This document shows, in pieces, positions 30,280 to 41,219 of a DNA stretch of 60,381 nt. This DNA comes from an uncultured Chromatiales bacterium (GTDB lineage: Bacteria; Pseudomonadota; Gammaproteobacteria; Steroidobacterales; BM003): NCBI GenBank assembly GCA_937128475.1, contig CAKZML010000273.1, positions 1 to 60,381 on the forward strand, written 5' to 3'. Position 1 is the stretch's first letter. Every line of letters begins with the position of its first letter. The notes below the pieces were generated by a model that saw only the letters and a program-made list of their open reading frames with translations, did not search any database and had not been told where the DNA came from. Both the position numbers and the translations under genes were made by a program.

Positions 30280-30434
30280 TATATCAACGTCCGACCAGGA
30301 AATCTTTCTGGCCCGCGGGGTGAGAACCTGCCAGGACCAGCCCCTGTGACCGGGAAATGCCAGCTAAAAGCATAATCCGACAAATCCGTCACCCTCGGAA
30401 ACCACGGGCGGAAACTTCTCTCCGAATCTGTTAA

Positions 30435-32316
<1,882 letters not shown>

Positions 32317-32320
<4 letters not shown>

Positions 32321-32607
32321 CCCCCGGCCACCGCCGGGATAATGAAGATCTCATCGCCGGTTTCTATCCGGGATTCCAGTCCCTGCCTGTCACGCACGTT
32401 TATTTCACCCAGGAACACATTCACGTGACGCCGCAGGTTTCCCTCGGGTCCAAGTATGCGTGCGCCTGCCAGGGGATGCTCACGGGCCAGTTCACCCAAG
32501 GCCTGCCTCACGGTTCCACCAGCCACCGTAATCCTCTCCTGGCCGCCCACAAACTCTCTCAGGGCCAGGGGGAGATGCACTGTCACCATGTTGGCAGGCT
32601 CGTTCAT
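32317..32607 (-). CDS. MoaD/ThiS-family ubiquitin-like sulfur carrier
   Basis: V.LP..LR, G.TV..AL, HVNVF and GDEIFIIPAVAGG (C-terminal Gly-Gly). Confidence 0.92.
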
Positions 32608-33356
32608 CGCCAGATCACATCCACCAGGGGATTCGCATCCCGTTTCATACAGGCCAGTATCACCCGGTCAAATCGGCTGCTGCGCTCCAATGCCAGGTGG
32701 GCCGCCTCACGGGCCATGGCTTCCCTGGCCTCATCGTCCACCATATTGATAACCGGGATCACCGTGTATCCCTCACTGCCCTTTAGCAGCCCACGCTCAT
32801 CACTGAACAGGGTGGCCAGGTGTTGTGGAGAAAAGACATCTCCGGGCCGGGTTCCGCACAGGGCGTGTATCTGCTCCAGGCGCAGGGCAATGCGCTCGTC
32901 CAGGGGTTCACCCAGGGCGCGGGCGGAGGCCAGCATCAACACCGTGGTGGCCCCGTCGGGAATCACAGGCTCATCCTCCCTGGGGGATTTCAGCCAGCGC
33001 ATGCGCGCCCCATCGGCTTTCACAAATGTAGCGTCAAAACCGCCCATCTCATGCAGTTTCCTGACCAGGGAAATTGGCAGGCCACGCAAGCGGGCAGGTT
33101 TGTCACCGGTTCGTGCATAGGCAACACAACCGGGGCCCTCGCTGGCCAGCACCCGCTGTTCAAGCTCCGGAAGCTCGGACACGATTTCCAGGGCATTCAA
33201 TTCGGCCGGAAAATACGTGGTGTAGGAGGTGGCTGTGACCCCAACCCTGCCCGGGTGCTCACGGGCCAGTCGATACAAAGTGCTCTTCTTGCCCCCGGCA
33301 CCCACCGCACAGACGATACCCTCACGGGCATTAAACGCGTCCAGCAACGCACTCAA
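32604..33356 (-). CDS. yqeC: YqeC-family molybdenum hydroxylase accessory protein
   Basis: N-terminal VGAGGKKS, VKADGAR...LK.P...EPVIP, GLLKG and VINMVD. Confidence 0.8.
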   Translation of the reverse strand: MSALLDAFNAREGIVCAVGAGGKKSTLYRLAREHPGRVGVTATSYTTYFPAELNALEIVSELPELEQRVLASEGPGCVAYARTGDKPARLRGLPISLVRKLHEMGGFDATFVKADGARMRWLKSPREDEPVIPDGATTVLMLASARALGEPLDERIALRLEQIHALCGTRPGDVFSPQHLATLFSDERGLLKGSEGYTVIPVINMVDDEAREAMAREAAHLALERSSRFDRVILACMKRDANPLVDVIWR

Positions 33357-34459
33357 GAGTCACCGCCATGCTGAGTCAAATCCAGGGCCTTCACGCACAG
33401 CACCCTGGGCAGGTAACTGGCCAACAGCTCCCAGTTTCCAGCTCCATCGGGGCTGCCAAAAACATGACCGCTGGTGGTACCGAAATACACGCCGCAGTCC
33501 GGACGGCTGTCGGTACACATGGCCTGCCTGAGTACACTCACGTAGGCATGCTCCTGGGGCAATCCGCGACTGGCCGACTGCCAACTGCCGCCACCGTCAT
33601 CACTTCGGAACACCCGCAGCTTTCCGTCCACCGCGGCACGCATATGGGAACCGGACTCCGGCACCTGGAACACGGTGTCCGCACAAGATGGCGATACCGC
33701 CAGCGCATAACCAAAATCACTGGGCAGGCCGGCGGTAATTTCACGCCAGTTCAGGCCAAAGTCATCGCTGCGATACAGACCGTTGTAGCACTGGCGGTAC
33801 AACCGGGAAGGCTCGCTGGGCGCCTGGACCACCCGGTGCACGTTATGCCCCAACTCGGGAAACTCTCCGGGCAGATTCTCGGCACGCACGCCACGGTTGG
33901 CAGGCTCCCAACTCTGGCCGCCGTCCTCGCTACGGAATACTCCACCGGCGGACACCGATGCCACCATGCGCCGGGTATCATCCGGATCGATACGAATCGA
34001 ATGCACAGAAAAACCACCCCGGGCCGGTTCCCAGCGATTGCGGGTGGGATGGTTGTTCAACCCTTTCACCGGCTCCCAGGTATTCCCTGCATCAGGACTA
34101 TAGAACAACCCTGCCGGGTCTATGCCGGCATAGACGCCATGACCCTGGGGCATGGTTGCAAGAAACCAGATGGCCTTCAGGCTGGGAGAAAAACTGCCGG
34201 GCTTGTGGTGAGGGGTATTCTCCAGCGACTGCCAGTTATGCCCCTGGTCGTGACTTGCATAGATGTGAGCGCCCCAGATCGGATGATTGGTCGATACCAG
34301 CAGATGAGCCGAATGCTCCGGGGACTGCACGATATGCATGATCTCATTGCCAGCCATGAATGGACCGCTAAGCTGCCAGTTACCGCGGACCGGGTCCGAC
34401 TCGAGTCGGAACAGGCCTTTCCGGGTTCCCACCAGCAGAGTCACGGCCGATTCGCTCAT
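33353..34459 (-). CDS. BNR/Asp-box (sialidase-like) beta-propeller protein, no signal peptide
   Basis: LLVGTRKGLF start; six Asp-box-like motifs SHDQGHNW, SPDAGNTW, SEDGGQSW, SDDFGLNW, SDDGGGSW and SPDGAGNW; GLPSDFG. Confidence 0.88.
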   Translation of the reverse strand: MSESAVTLLVGTRKGLFRLESDPVRGNWQLSGPFMAGNEIMHIVQSPEHSAHLLVSTNHPIWGAHIYASHDQGHNWQSLENTPHHKPGSFSPSLKAIWFLATMPQGHGVYAGIDPAGLFYSPDAGNTWEPVKGLNNHPTRNRWEPARGGFSVHSIRIDPDDTRRMVASVSAGGVFRSEDGGQSWEPANRGVRAENLPGEFPELGHNVHRVVQAPSEPSRLYRQCYNGLYRSDDFGLNWREITAGLPSDFGYALAVSPSCADTVFQVPESGSHMRAAVDGKLRVFRSDDGGGSWQSASRGLPQEHAYVSVLRQAMCTDSRPDCGVYFGTTSGHVFGSPDGAGNWELLASYLPRVLCVKALDLTQHGGDS

Positions 34460-34992
34460 TAGCGCTCCAGCAACCTGGGCATCAACTCCACCAGGTTGCA
34501 GGGCCGGGTGCGGTAATCCAGCTGGGCGTTAATCAATTCATCCCAGGCCGTGGCGCAGGCTCCGGTGGAACCGGGCACACAAAAAATGTAGGTCCCGTTG
34601 GCCACCCCGCCCAGGGCCCGGGACTGGATGGTGGAGGTGCGAATTTGCTGCAGGGAAATTGATCTGAATACCTCGCCGAAACCATCGATCTGTTTATCAA
34701 GCAAGGGCTGAACCGCCTCCGGCGTACCGTCCCTGCCAGTCACGCCGGTGCCACCGGTTGTGATCACCACCTGGGTATCCGGGTCGGCAATCCAGCGTGA
34801 GACAATGGCCCGTATTGCGTACACATCATCCGGGACAATTGCCTTCTCGGCGCAGCGATGGCCGGCTGAGGTCAATCGCTCCACCAACAGTTTCCCCGAC
34901 TTGTCGGTGCTCTCATCCCGGCTATCCGAAACGGTGAGTACGGCAATATTCAGCGGTACAAAATCACGTGCATTTCCATCGCTATGCGCCAT
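34459..34992 (-). CDS. moaB: Molybdenum cofactor biosynthesis protein B
   Basis: Motifs IAVLTVSD.R...TDKSG, ITTGGTG.TGRDGTPEA, IQSRA and PGSTGAC. Confidence 0.95.
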   Translation of the reverse strand: MAHSDGNARDFVPLNIAVLTVSDSRDESTDKSGKLLVERLTSAGHRCAEKAIVPDDVYAIRAIVSRWIADPDTQVVITTGGTGVTGRDGTPEAVQPLLDKQIDGFGEVFRSISLQQIRTSTIQSRALGGVANGTYIFCVPGSTGACATAWDELINAQLDYRTRPCNLVELMPRLLER

Positions 34993-35019
34993 GGGTTCTC
35001 CTTGGGGTAATAAGCTGGC

Positions 35020-36294
35020 TCAGACCAGTCCGCGGAACGGCTGTACCTTCACCATGTCTCCCGGCTCAACCGCGCCGCGATCCTCTTCCAAAACAATAAA
35101 ACAATTTGCTGCGGCCATGGAACTCAACACCCCGGCGCCCTGGTGGCGGGTGCCGGTAACCTGGTAATCCCCCTGGGCGTCACGCTGCAAAACCCCCCGC
35201 TGGAATTCCCGGCGGCCGGGCTTCTTTTTCAGTCGATGAGTCACCCGCGCGTCGAGCATTATTACCGGGTCCTCGACCCGGGCTCCGGTCATGGCCAGCA
35301 GGGCCGGCTGCACCAGTTGGTAAAACGTGGACATCACCGACACGGGATTGCCCGGCAAACCAAAAAAGCAGGCCCGACCAATGCGACCAAAGGTAAACGG
35401 GCGACCCGGTTTCATGGCCACCTTCCAGAAATTCACCTGACCGACTTTCTCAAGTATCTGGGTAACAAAGTCCGCTTCGCCCACCGAAACGCCGCCGGTG
35501 GTCACGATGGCATCCGCCTGTTGGGATGCCTTCATCAGCACCGACTCCAGTACATCCGGGTCATCGGGCACTACGCCCAGGTCCATGACGTCCATTCCCA
35601 ACCGGGTCAGCACGCCGTAAAGAGTGTAACGATTACTGTCGTAAATCTGGCCTTCCTTGAGTGTCTCACCGATTCCGACAAGCTCATCCCCGGTAGAGAA
35701 AAATGCCACCCTGGGTCGGCGCAGCACCGACACGCGGCCAACCCCCAACGAGGCCAGCACACCCAGCATGGCTGGATGAATCACGATTCCTGCCCGGGCG
35801 CCCACCGCCCCCGCCGCAACGTCCTCACCCGCCGGGCGAACGTGCTGGCCGGCGCGATGCCGGTCATCAATTACGACGCCGTCATCCACCCGTTCAACAT
35901 GTTCCTGCATGACCACCGTATCGGTGCCCGCGGGCATGACTGCCCCGGTCATGATGCGGGCGCACTGGCCGGCCTCGACCCGGGCCTGCAAGGGCCTGCC
36001 CGCCCAGGCGGTGCCCACCAGTTGCAAGGTGCATTTACCTGCCTTGGGTAAATCCGAACCTGCCAGGGCGTAACCATCCATCGCCGAATTGGTATGCGCC
36101 GGGACATCCACGGCAGAGATCACATCCTCCGCCAACACCCTACCAAGAGCCTCCCGGATATCCAGAACCTCAACCTCGCTGACCGGCTCCACCACGGCCA
36201 GCACTTGCTCAAGCGCCTGGTGCAGGGGCATGGCGGTGTCGGCATGACTATCCGTGCAACAATCCCCAGGGGCCATAGGCTCTCCGTGACTCAT
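35020..36294 (-). CDS. moeA: Molybdopterin molybdo/tungstotransferase
   Basis: Motifs GRVLAED, NSAMDGYA, RIMTGA, FSTGDEL, IYDSN, TTGGVSVG, MKPG.P and GLPGNPVS. Confidence 0.96.
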   Translation of the reverse strand: MSHGEPMAPGDCCTDSHADTAMPLHQALEQVLAVVEPVSEVEVLDIREALGRVLAEDVISAVDVPAHTNSAMDGYALAGSDLPKAGKCTLQLVGTAWAGRPLQARVEAGQCARIMTGAVMPAGTDTVVMQEHVERVDDGVVIDDRHRAGQHVRPAGEDVAAGAVGARAGIVIHPAMLGVLASLGVGRVSVLRRPRVAFFSTGDELVGIGETLKEGQIYDSNRYTLYGVLTRLGMDVMDLGVVPDDPDVLESVLMKASQQADAIVTTGGVSVGEADFVTQILEKVGQVNFWKVAMKPGRPFTFGRIGRACFFGLPGNPVSVMSTFYQLVQPALLAMTGARVEDPVIMLDARVTHRLKKKPGRREFQRGVLQRDAQGDYQVTGTRHQGAGVLSSMAAANCFIVLEEDRGAVEPGDMVKVQPFRGLV

Positions 36295-36896
36295 TCTTTT
36301 ACTCCACCTTGTGCTGCCAGCCTGGCTTCCAGTTGCTCACGGTCAGCCGGTTCATTGATGTTCAAAAACGTATCCTGGCAATCGCTGAAATCCACTTCCT
36401 GCATGGCATGCTGCCGGTACCATCGATCTATCTTGCGGTCGCCGGCGTCCAGGTAGGCCTGGAGACTTTCAAGCAGGTTACAGCGAATCATCGCAAACAC
36501 CGGTTGCAGCCGTTGCCCATCGTGGGCGACAGCAATCTCGGCGCCCTGTTCACAAGCCTGCAACATACGCTGGGCCAGTAGCGGTGAAACCAGCGGCGAA
36601 TCACATGGCGCGGTCAACAACCAATCGCCCCGCGCTGCCTGCATGCCACTGGCCATGCCGGCCAGGGGTCCCTGGAAGTCTCCGCTGCGATCCGCCACCA
36701 CTGGATACCCCATGGCGCCGTATACATCCTGGTTGCGGTTGGCATTAATGATCAACTCATCAACCTGTTCCCGGAGACAATCAATCACCCAGGCAACCAT
36801 GGGCTTTCCGGCAAGCTCCACCAGGCCCTTGTCCGATCCGCCCATACGCAGGGCACGGCCACCCGCCAGTACCAGGCCGGTAATCTGACCATTCAT
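36291..36896 (-). CDS. mobA: Molybdenum cofactor guanylyltransferase
   Basis: Motifs LVLAGG...RMGG.DKGL, GPLAG, APCDSP and FLNIN; ATG 36896 preferred. Confidence 0.95.
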   Translation of the reverse strand: MNGQITGLVLAGGRALRMGGSDKGLVELAGKPMVAWVIDCLREQVDELIINANRNQDVYGAMGYPVVADRSGDFQGPLAGMASGMQAARGDWLLTAPCDSPLVSPLLAQRMLQACEQGAEIAVAHDGQRLQPVFAMIRCNLLESLQAYLDAGDRKIDRWYRQHAMQEVDFSDCQDTFLNINEPADREQLEARLAAQGGVKE

Positions 36897-36939
36897 CGAT
36901 TTGCTTGTCGTGTCCTGGCTTCCGGGCAAGATATTCTCC

Positions 36940-37770
36940 TTAGTGATCAACCATAGCATCAGGAAAAAACACCGGCGCCCCGTCAATAGCATAAGCGGCA
37001 ATCAGCGCCTGCCCTCGAGTCGATACCAACCAATCAATAAAGGCCTGCCCGAGGCTCGCCCGAACATGGGGAAAGCGCTCCGGGTTGACCAGTATTACCC
37101 CGTAGGGATTGAACAGTCGGGGGTCACCTTCAAGCACGATCTTCAGTTCGCCCTTGTTGCCAAAACTTGCCCAGGTCGCACGGTCGCTCAGCGCATAGGC
37201 GCCCATGGCGACGGCGGTATTCAAGGTGGCGCCCATGCCGGAACCGGTCTCCCTGTACCAGGCGCCGCTGTCCACCACCGGGTCCACCCCGGCCTCGGCC
37301 CAGAGACTGAGTTCCTTCTTGTGGGTACCGCTGTCATCTCCGCGGGATGCAAACAACGATTCCGAGCGAGCGATTGCCTGCAGCGCCTGCAACATATCCG
37401 CCTGACCGATCACCGAGGCTGGATCAGCGGCCGGCCCGACCAGCACGAAATCATTGTGCATTACCGGATAGCGACGCACTCCCAGTCCTTGTGCAACAAA
37501 CGCATCTTCCGACGGTCGATGGTGCACCAGCAAAACATCCGCATCGCCGCTGCTTGCAAGACGAATCGCCTGTCCGGTTCCCACCGCAACAACCCGGACC
37601 TGGATGCCGGAGTCTCGGGTGAATTCTGGCAGGATGTAATCGAACAGCCCGGAATTCTCGGTAGAGGTGGTGGACGCCAGGACCAGGAAAGGTTGCTCCT
37701 CAGTGGCCGCGCAAAAATTTCCCAGTAATGCACCCGCAAGAGCCACGAATACAAACAAAAACTTTTTCAT
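36940..37770 (-). CDS. tupA: Tungstate ABC transporter substrate-binding protein
   Basis: TupA signature ASTTSTENSGL, GTGQA, DVLLVH, SRGDDSGTH.KE and G.GMGATL; signal peptide MKKFLF. Confidence 0.93.
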   Translation of the reverse strand: MKKFLFVFVALAGALLGNFCAATEEQPFLVLASTTSTENSGLFDYILPEFTRDSGIQVRVVAVGTGQAIRLASSGDADVLLVHHRPSEDAFVAQGLGVRRYPVMHNDFVLVGPAADPASVIGQADMLQALQAIARSESLFASRGDDSGTHKKELSLWAEAGVDPVVDSGAWYRETGSGMGATLNTAVAMGAYALSDRATWASFGNKGELKIVLEGDPRLFNPYGVILVNPERFPHVRASLGQAFIDWLVSTRGQALIAAYAIDGAPVFFPDAMVDH

Positions 37771-37781
37771 ACTGACCTCTC

Positions 37782-38516
37782 TCATTCGAGTAATTCACCA
37801 CGTAAAAATCGTCTCGCCTCGTCGGTCTTCGGTTCGGCGAAAAATTCGCTTGCCGAGGTGTGTTCCAGCAATCCTCCGCGGTGCAGAAACAGGACTTCAT
37901 CCGCCAGTCGCCTGGCCTGCAAAATGTCATGGGTGGTCATGATGATCCGGGTGCCATCCGCGTCGGCGGCGCGAATCATTCCCTCTACCGCCGCGGTGGC
38001 GCCGGGATCGAGATTCGAGGTGGGTTCGTCCAGCAACAAAACCCGGGGACGCAGCACTCTTGCCCGGGCGATACTCAGTCGTTGTTGCTCACCACCTGAG
38101 AGGGTGCGTGCCGGATGATCCTCCAGCTCCGACAGTCCGGCTTCTTTGAGCGCAGTGTCGATACGGGAACTTCGTTGCTCCCGTGGCACACCCATGATGG
38201 CCAGGGTATGAGCAATGTTGTCGGCAACCGTGCGCCGAAGCAAAACCGTTCGCTGGAAAACCATAGCCAGTTCGCGGCCTGCCTGTGACGGCGTACGGCC
38301 TGCCCAGCTGACGCTGCCGGAGCCAGGCTGCAGCAATCCGTGGCAGACCCGCAGCAACAAGCTTTTCCCCGCGCCATTGGGGCCAAGTATGACCGTGCGG
38401 ACTCCATCCTCCAGGCGGAAATCAAGCTTGTTTAGCAAGGTCTTTCCACCGGCGTCATAGGAAAGATCCAGGACCTCCAGTGGCATCACCCGATTCGGTT
38501 CGATCGCCTTATCCAT
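37782..38516 (-). CDS. tupC: Tungstate ABC transporter ATP-binding protein
   Basis: GPNGAGKS, LSGGEQQR and LLLDEPT; lies between tupB and tupA. Confidence 0.9.
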   Translation of the reverse strand: MDKAIEPNRVMPLEVLDLSYDAGGKTLLNKLDFRLEDGVRTVILGPNGAGKSLLLRVCHGLLQPGSGSVSWAGRTPSQAGRELAMVFQRTVLLRRTVADNIAHTLAIMGVPREQRSSRIDTALKEAGLSELEDHPARTLSGGEQQRLSIARARVLRPRVLLLDEPTSNLDPGATAAVEGMIRAADADGTRIIMTTHDILQARRLADEVLFLHRGGLLEHTSASEFFAEPKTDEARRFLRGELLE

Positions 38517-39213
38517 AACGCTTGCTCGCTGCATCACCGATCAGCACTGCCGCGGCGTTCACGCTGGCCGCGAGAATAATCAGTACGATGCCAAGGGCCA
38601 GGGCCAGGTTCAGATTTCCCTTGCTGGTTTCCAGGGCGATGGTGGTGGTCATTACCCGGGTAACGTGATTGATGTTGCCGCCAACGATAATCACCGCACC
38701 GACCTCGGCGCTGGCCCGGCCGAATCCTGCCAGCAGCCCGGTGAGCAGTCGAAAGCGACCGTCCCATAACAAGGTGGTGATTCTCTGCAAGTGTCCCGCG
38801 CCCAGTGAACACAGGTATTCATCATATTCTTCGTGCAGGTCTGAAATAGTCTGCCGGGTCAGAGCGGCGATAATTGGCGTGATCAGGATGCTCTGGGCGA
38901 TAACCATGGCCGCGGGAGTAAAAAGAATCCCCAACTCACCCAGGGGTCCGGCGCGAGACAACAGCAGATAGACGACCAGGCCAACCACTACCGGTGGCAG
39001 GCCCATCGCGGCATTCAGCAAAATTACCGCTCCCCGGCGACCCGGAAATTTCACCAGTGCAACCGCAGCACCCAGTGGCAGCCCCACCAGCGCAGCAATC
39101 AGCACGGCGGAAAGACTGACCTTCAGGGACAGGGCAACAATTTCCACCAGGTCCGGATCCAGCCTGACGACCAGTTCTACGGCTGTGGCCACAGCGGAAA
39201 AAACCTCACTCAT
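38509..39213 (-). CDS. tupB: Tungstate ABC transporter permease
   Basis: Motifs MGLPPVVVGL, GPLG.LG.LFTP.AM and AGFGRA.AEVGAV.IVGGNI...TRVMTT.IALE. Confidence 0.93.
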   Translation of the reverse strand: MSEVFSAVATAVELVVRLDPDLVEIVALSLKVSLSAVLIAALVGLPLGAAVALVKFPGRRGAVILLNAAMGLPPVVVGLVVYLLLSRAGPLGELGILFTPAAMVIAQSILITPIIAALTRQTISDLHEEYDEYLCSLGAGHLQRITTLLWDGRFRLLTGLLAGFGRASAEVGAVIIVGGNINHVTRVMTTTIALETSKGNLNLALALGIVLIILAASVNAAAVLIGDAASKRYG

Positions 39214-39280
39214 TGACTCGCCGCCTCCCCAGCGACATGTGCTCTAGTTTTACGAGCCGATTCGACAGACCTGCATACCT

Positions 39281-39295
39281 GCAAGTTGAGTGCCA
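39281..39295 (-). promoter_or_regulatory. Sigma-54 (-24/-12) promoter of the tup-Moco operon
   Basis: Minus strand TGGCACTCAACTTGC (GG-N10-GC), about 68 bp upstream of the tupB start. Confidence 0.8.
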
Positions 39296-39369
39296 CTGCG
39301 GAGTATTGGGCTTTTTTCGAGGCCCTTCTACCCCGCTTTCCAATTCGCACCCCAAGTTTAGGGAAAAAA

Positions 39370-39448
39370 CGGGTCAAATTGACGATATCCGAAGGTCTTA
39401 TTGCGTCATCTTGTCCCAAAGAGTAGTTTCATGGGACATATCGGACTG
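39370..39448. promoter_or_regulatory. Enhancer-like (UAS) repeats for the tup promoter
   Basis: CGGGTCA-AAT-TGACGAT (39370), TGCGTCA-TCT-TGTCCCA (39402) and TGGGACA-TAT-CGGACTG (39432), spaced about 31 bp apart. Confidence 0.5.
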
Positions 39449-39520
39449 TCGAACAACCATACGCGGGCCCGGCTCGAACCCAGGCTCCAGCGATAATAAT
39501 GGGCAATCTGGCTGAGAAGA

Positions 39521-40948
39521 TTGGATGCATATCCTGTTTTCCCGCCAGGACTGCCGACTAAGCAGGGTGAGATGACGAGGACGAAAAGGACTAACGGACA
39601 CCAGGACTCCCCCGGTAAAGAAGGCGCCTGCAAACGGCTGTCGGTGATGCTGGTAGGGGGCGAACAAAATCATCGTTCACAGCTACAGCAGCGGCTGGCC
39701 AGGCAGTGCGGACTGGTGGAGTCTGCGGACAGCCTGGAAAAGGCCAGGCAGCTGGTAGCGCGCTGTCACTTCGATTTCCTGGTGGTGGATCCGGCGGACA
39801 ATGGAGACTGGAGCCTGGACTGGATCCCCGCATTAAAGGGCTCATCCAGCATAATCCTCAGCGCCTACCGCCCCGATACCGAGCTGGCAATCAACGCCCT
39901 GCGTGCCGGTGTCAGCGATATCGTAAACCGCCCGGCACAGCCTGAGGATCTGATGGACGCCTTCAGGCGGCACCTCTCCATTCATGCTAAAGGGGTTGTT
40001 CCCAAGCCACCACGGCTGATTCATACGTCAAAGCACAGCTTGGTGGGAGAAAGCCCGTCAATCCGGCAGGTCAAGGCCTTGATCGAACGAATAGCGGCCT
40101 CACCGGCCACCGTGTTGATCCAGGGGGAAACCGGAACCGGCAAGGAACTGGTAGCGCGACTGCTACACCACAGCAGCGGACGTAATGGCAATTTCGTGCC
40201 GGTCAACTGCGGGGCAATTGCCCCCGAACTGCTGGAAAGCGAGCTGTTTGGACACACCCGGGGCGCCTTCACCAACGCTCACCAGGGCAGGGACGGACTT
40301 TTTGTCTCGGCACGTGGAGGCACGGTATTCCTGGATGAAATCAGTGAAATGCCTTTCGACATGGAAGTGAAGCTGCTGCGGGCCATCGAAGAAAGCGCGA
40401 TTCGCCCGGTGGGTTCAGACCGGGAGGTGGCTATCGATTGCCGGATCGTGGCCTCCACACAGCACGAACTGACCACCCGTATAAAAATGGGCCAGTTTCG
40501 TGAAGATCTCTACTACCGCTTGAACGTAATTCATATCGACCTGCCATCTCTGCGCAGCAGACGAGAGGACATTCCGGCCCTGGTGGACCACTTCATCGCG
40601 AGCCTGTCAGCAGAACTGGCGGTGCCTCCAGTACCCATAAGCCAGAGAACCCTGGACACCCTCCAGGCTCATACCTGGCCTGGAAATGTGCGAGAGCTGA
40701 AGAATGTCCTGGAACGGACGCTACTGCTGGGCATCCCGCCGGAGGAATCCCTGCAACTGCTAACTGAAACCAGCGCGGAGGACCAGTCCGACTACTCCCT
40801 GGACTGGACCCTGGAGCAGGTTAAGCAACGCCACATGGCCCAGGTGCTCGAGGCCAGCGGTGGCAACAAATCCGAAGCGGCCCGCCGCCTGGGGATCTCT
40901 CGCAAGACCCTCGAGCGAAAGCTGCCTGCAGAACCAGGCAATCACTAG
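39521..40948 (+). CDS. Sigma-54-dependent transcriptional activator with a degenerate receiver domain (start uncertain)
   Basis: Motifs [54 protein letters not shown] and Fis HTH (GNKSEAARRLGISRKTL). Confidence 0.92.
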   Translation: MDAYPVFPPGLPTKQGEMTRTKRTNGHQDSPGKEGACKRLSVMLVGGEQNHRSQLQQRLARQCGLVESADSLEKARQLVARCHFDFLVVDPADNGDWSLDWIPALKGSSSIILSAYRPDTELAINALRAGVSDIVNRPAQPEDLMDAFRRHLSIHAKGVVPKPPRLIHTSKHSLVGESPSIRQVKALIERIAASPATVLIQGETGTGKELVARLLHHSSGRNGNFVPVNCGAIAPELLESELFGHTRGAFTNAHQGRDGLFVSARGGTVFLDEISEMPFDMEVKLLRAIEESAIRPVGSDREVAIDCRIVASTQHELTTRIKMGQFREDLYYRLNVIHIDLPSLRSRREDIPALVDHFIASLSAELAVPPVPISQRTLDTLQAHTWPGNVRELKNVLERTLLLGIPPEESLQLLTETSAEDQSDYSLDWTLEQVKQRHMAQVLEASGGNKSEAARRLGISRKTLERKLPAEPGNH

Positions 40949-40991
40949 GCGAGCTATCCGCCGACAACTTTTTCCGGGACGGAACACCACA

Positions 40992-41219
40992 ATGAGCGAA
41001 ATTACACTGGACGAGGATCGACTGAATATGGAGATTCGGAAATTCCTCAAGACGGTCGGCGTCACCTCCCAGCGGGAGATCGAAAAAGCGATTCGCGCTG
41101 CCGCCGGACAAGGCACGCTGAAAAACGGCGGAATCGCCGCGAAGATCACTCTCGAGGTGCCTGAACTGGGGCTATCCCACGTGATTGAGCACGAACTTCA
41201 CCCCAGGAATGACGCCTAG
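40992..41219 (+). CDS. Small conserved protein (DUF6494-like)
   Basis: MSEITLDEDRLNMEIRKFLKTVGVTSQREIEKAIR... motif; ATG 40992 preferred. Confidence 0.7.
   Translation: MSEITLDEDRLNMEIRKFLKTVGVTSQREIEKAIRAAAGQGTLKNGGIAAKITLEVPELGLSHVIEHELHPRNDA

Noticed and set aside
33353-34459. True sialidase or glycoside hydrolase
   Set aside because: Asp-boxes only indicate a propeller fold. There is no RIP motif, signal peptide or sugar-utilisation context.
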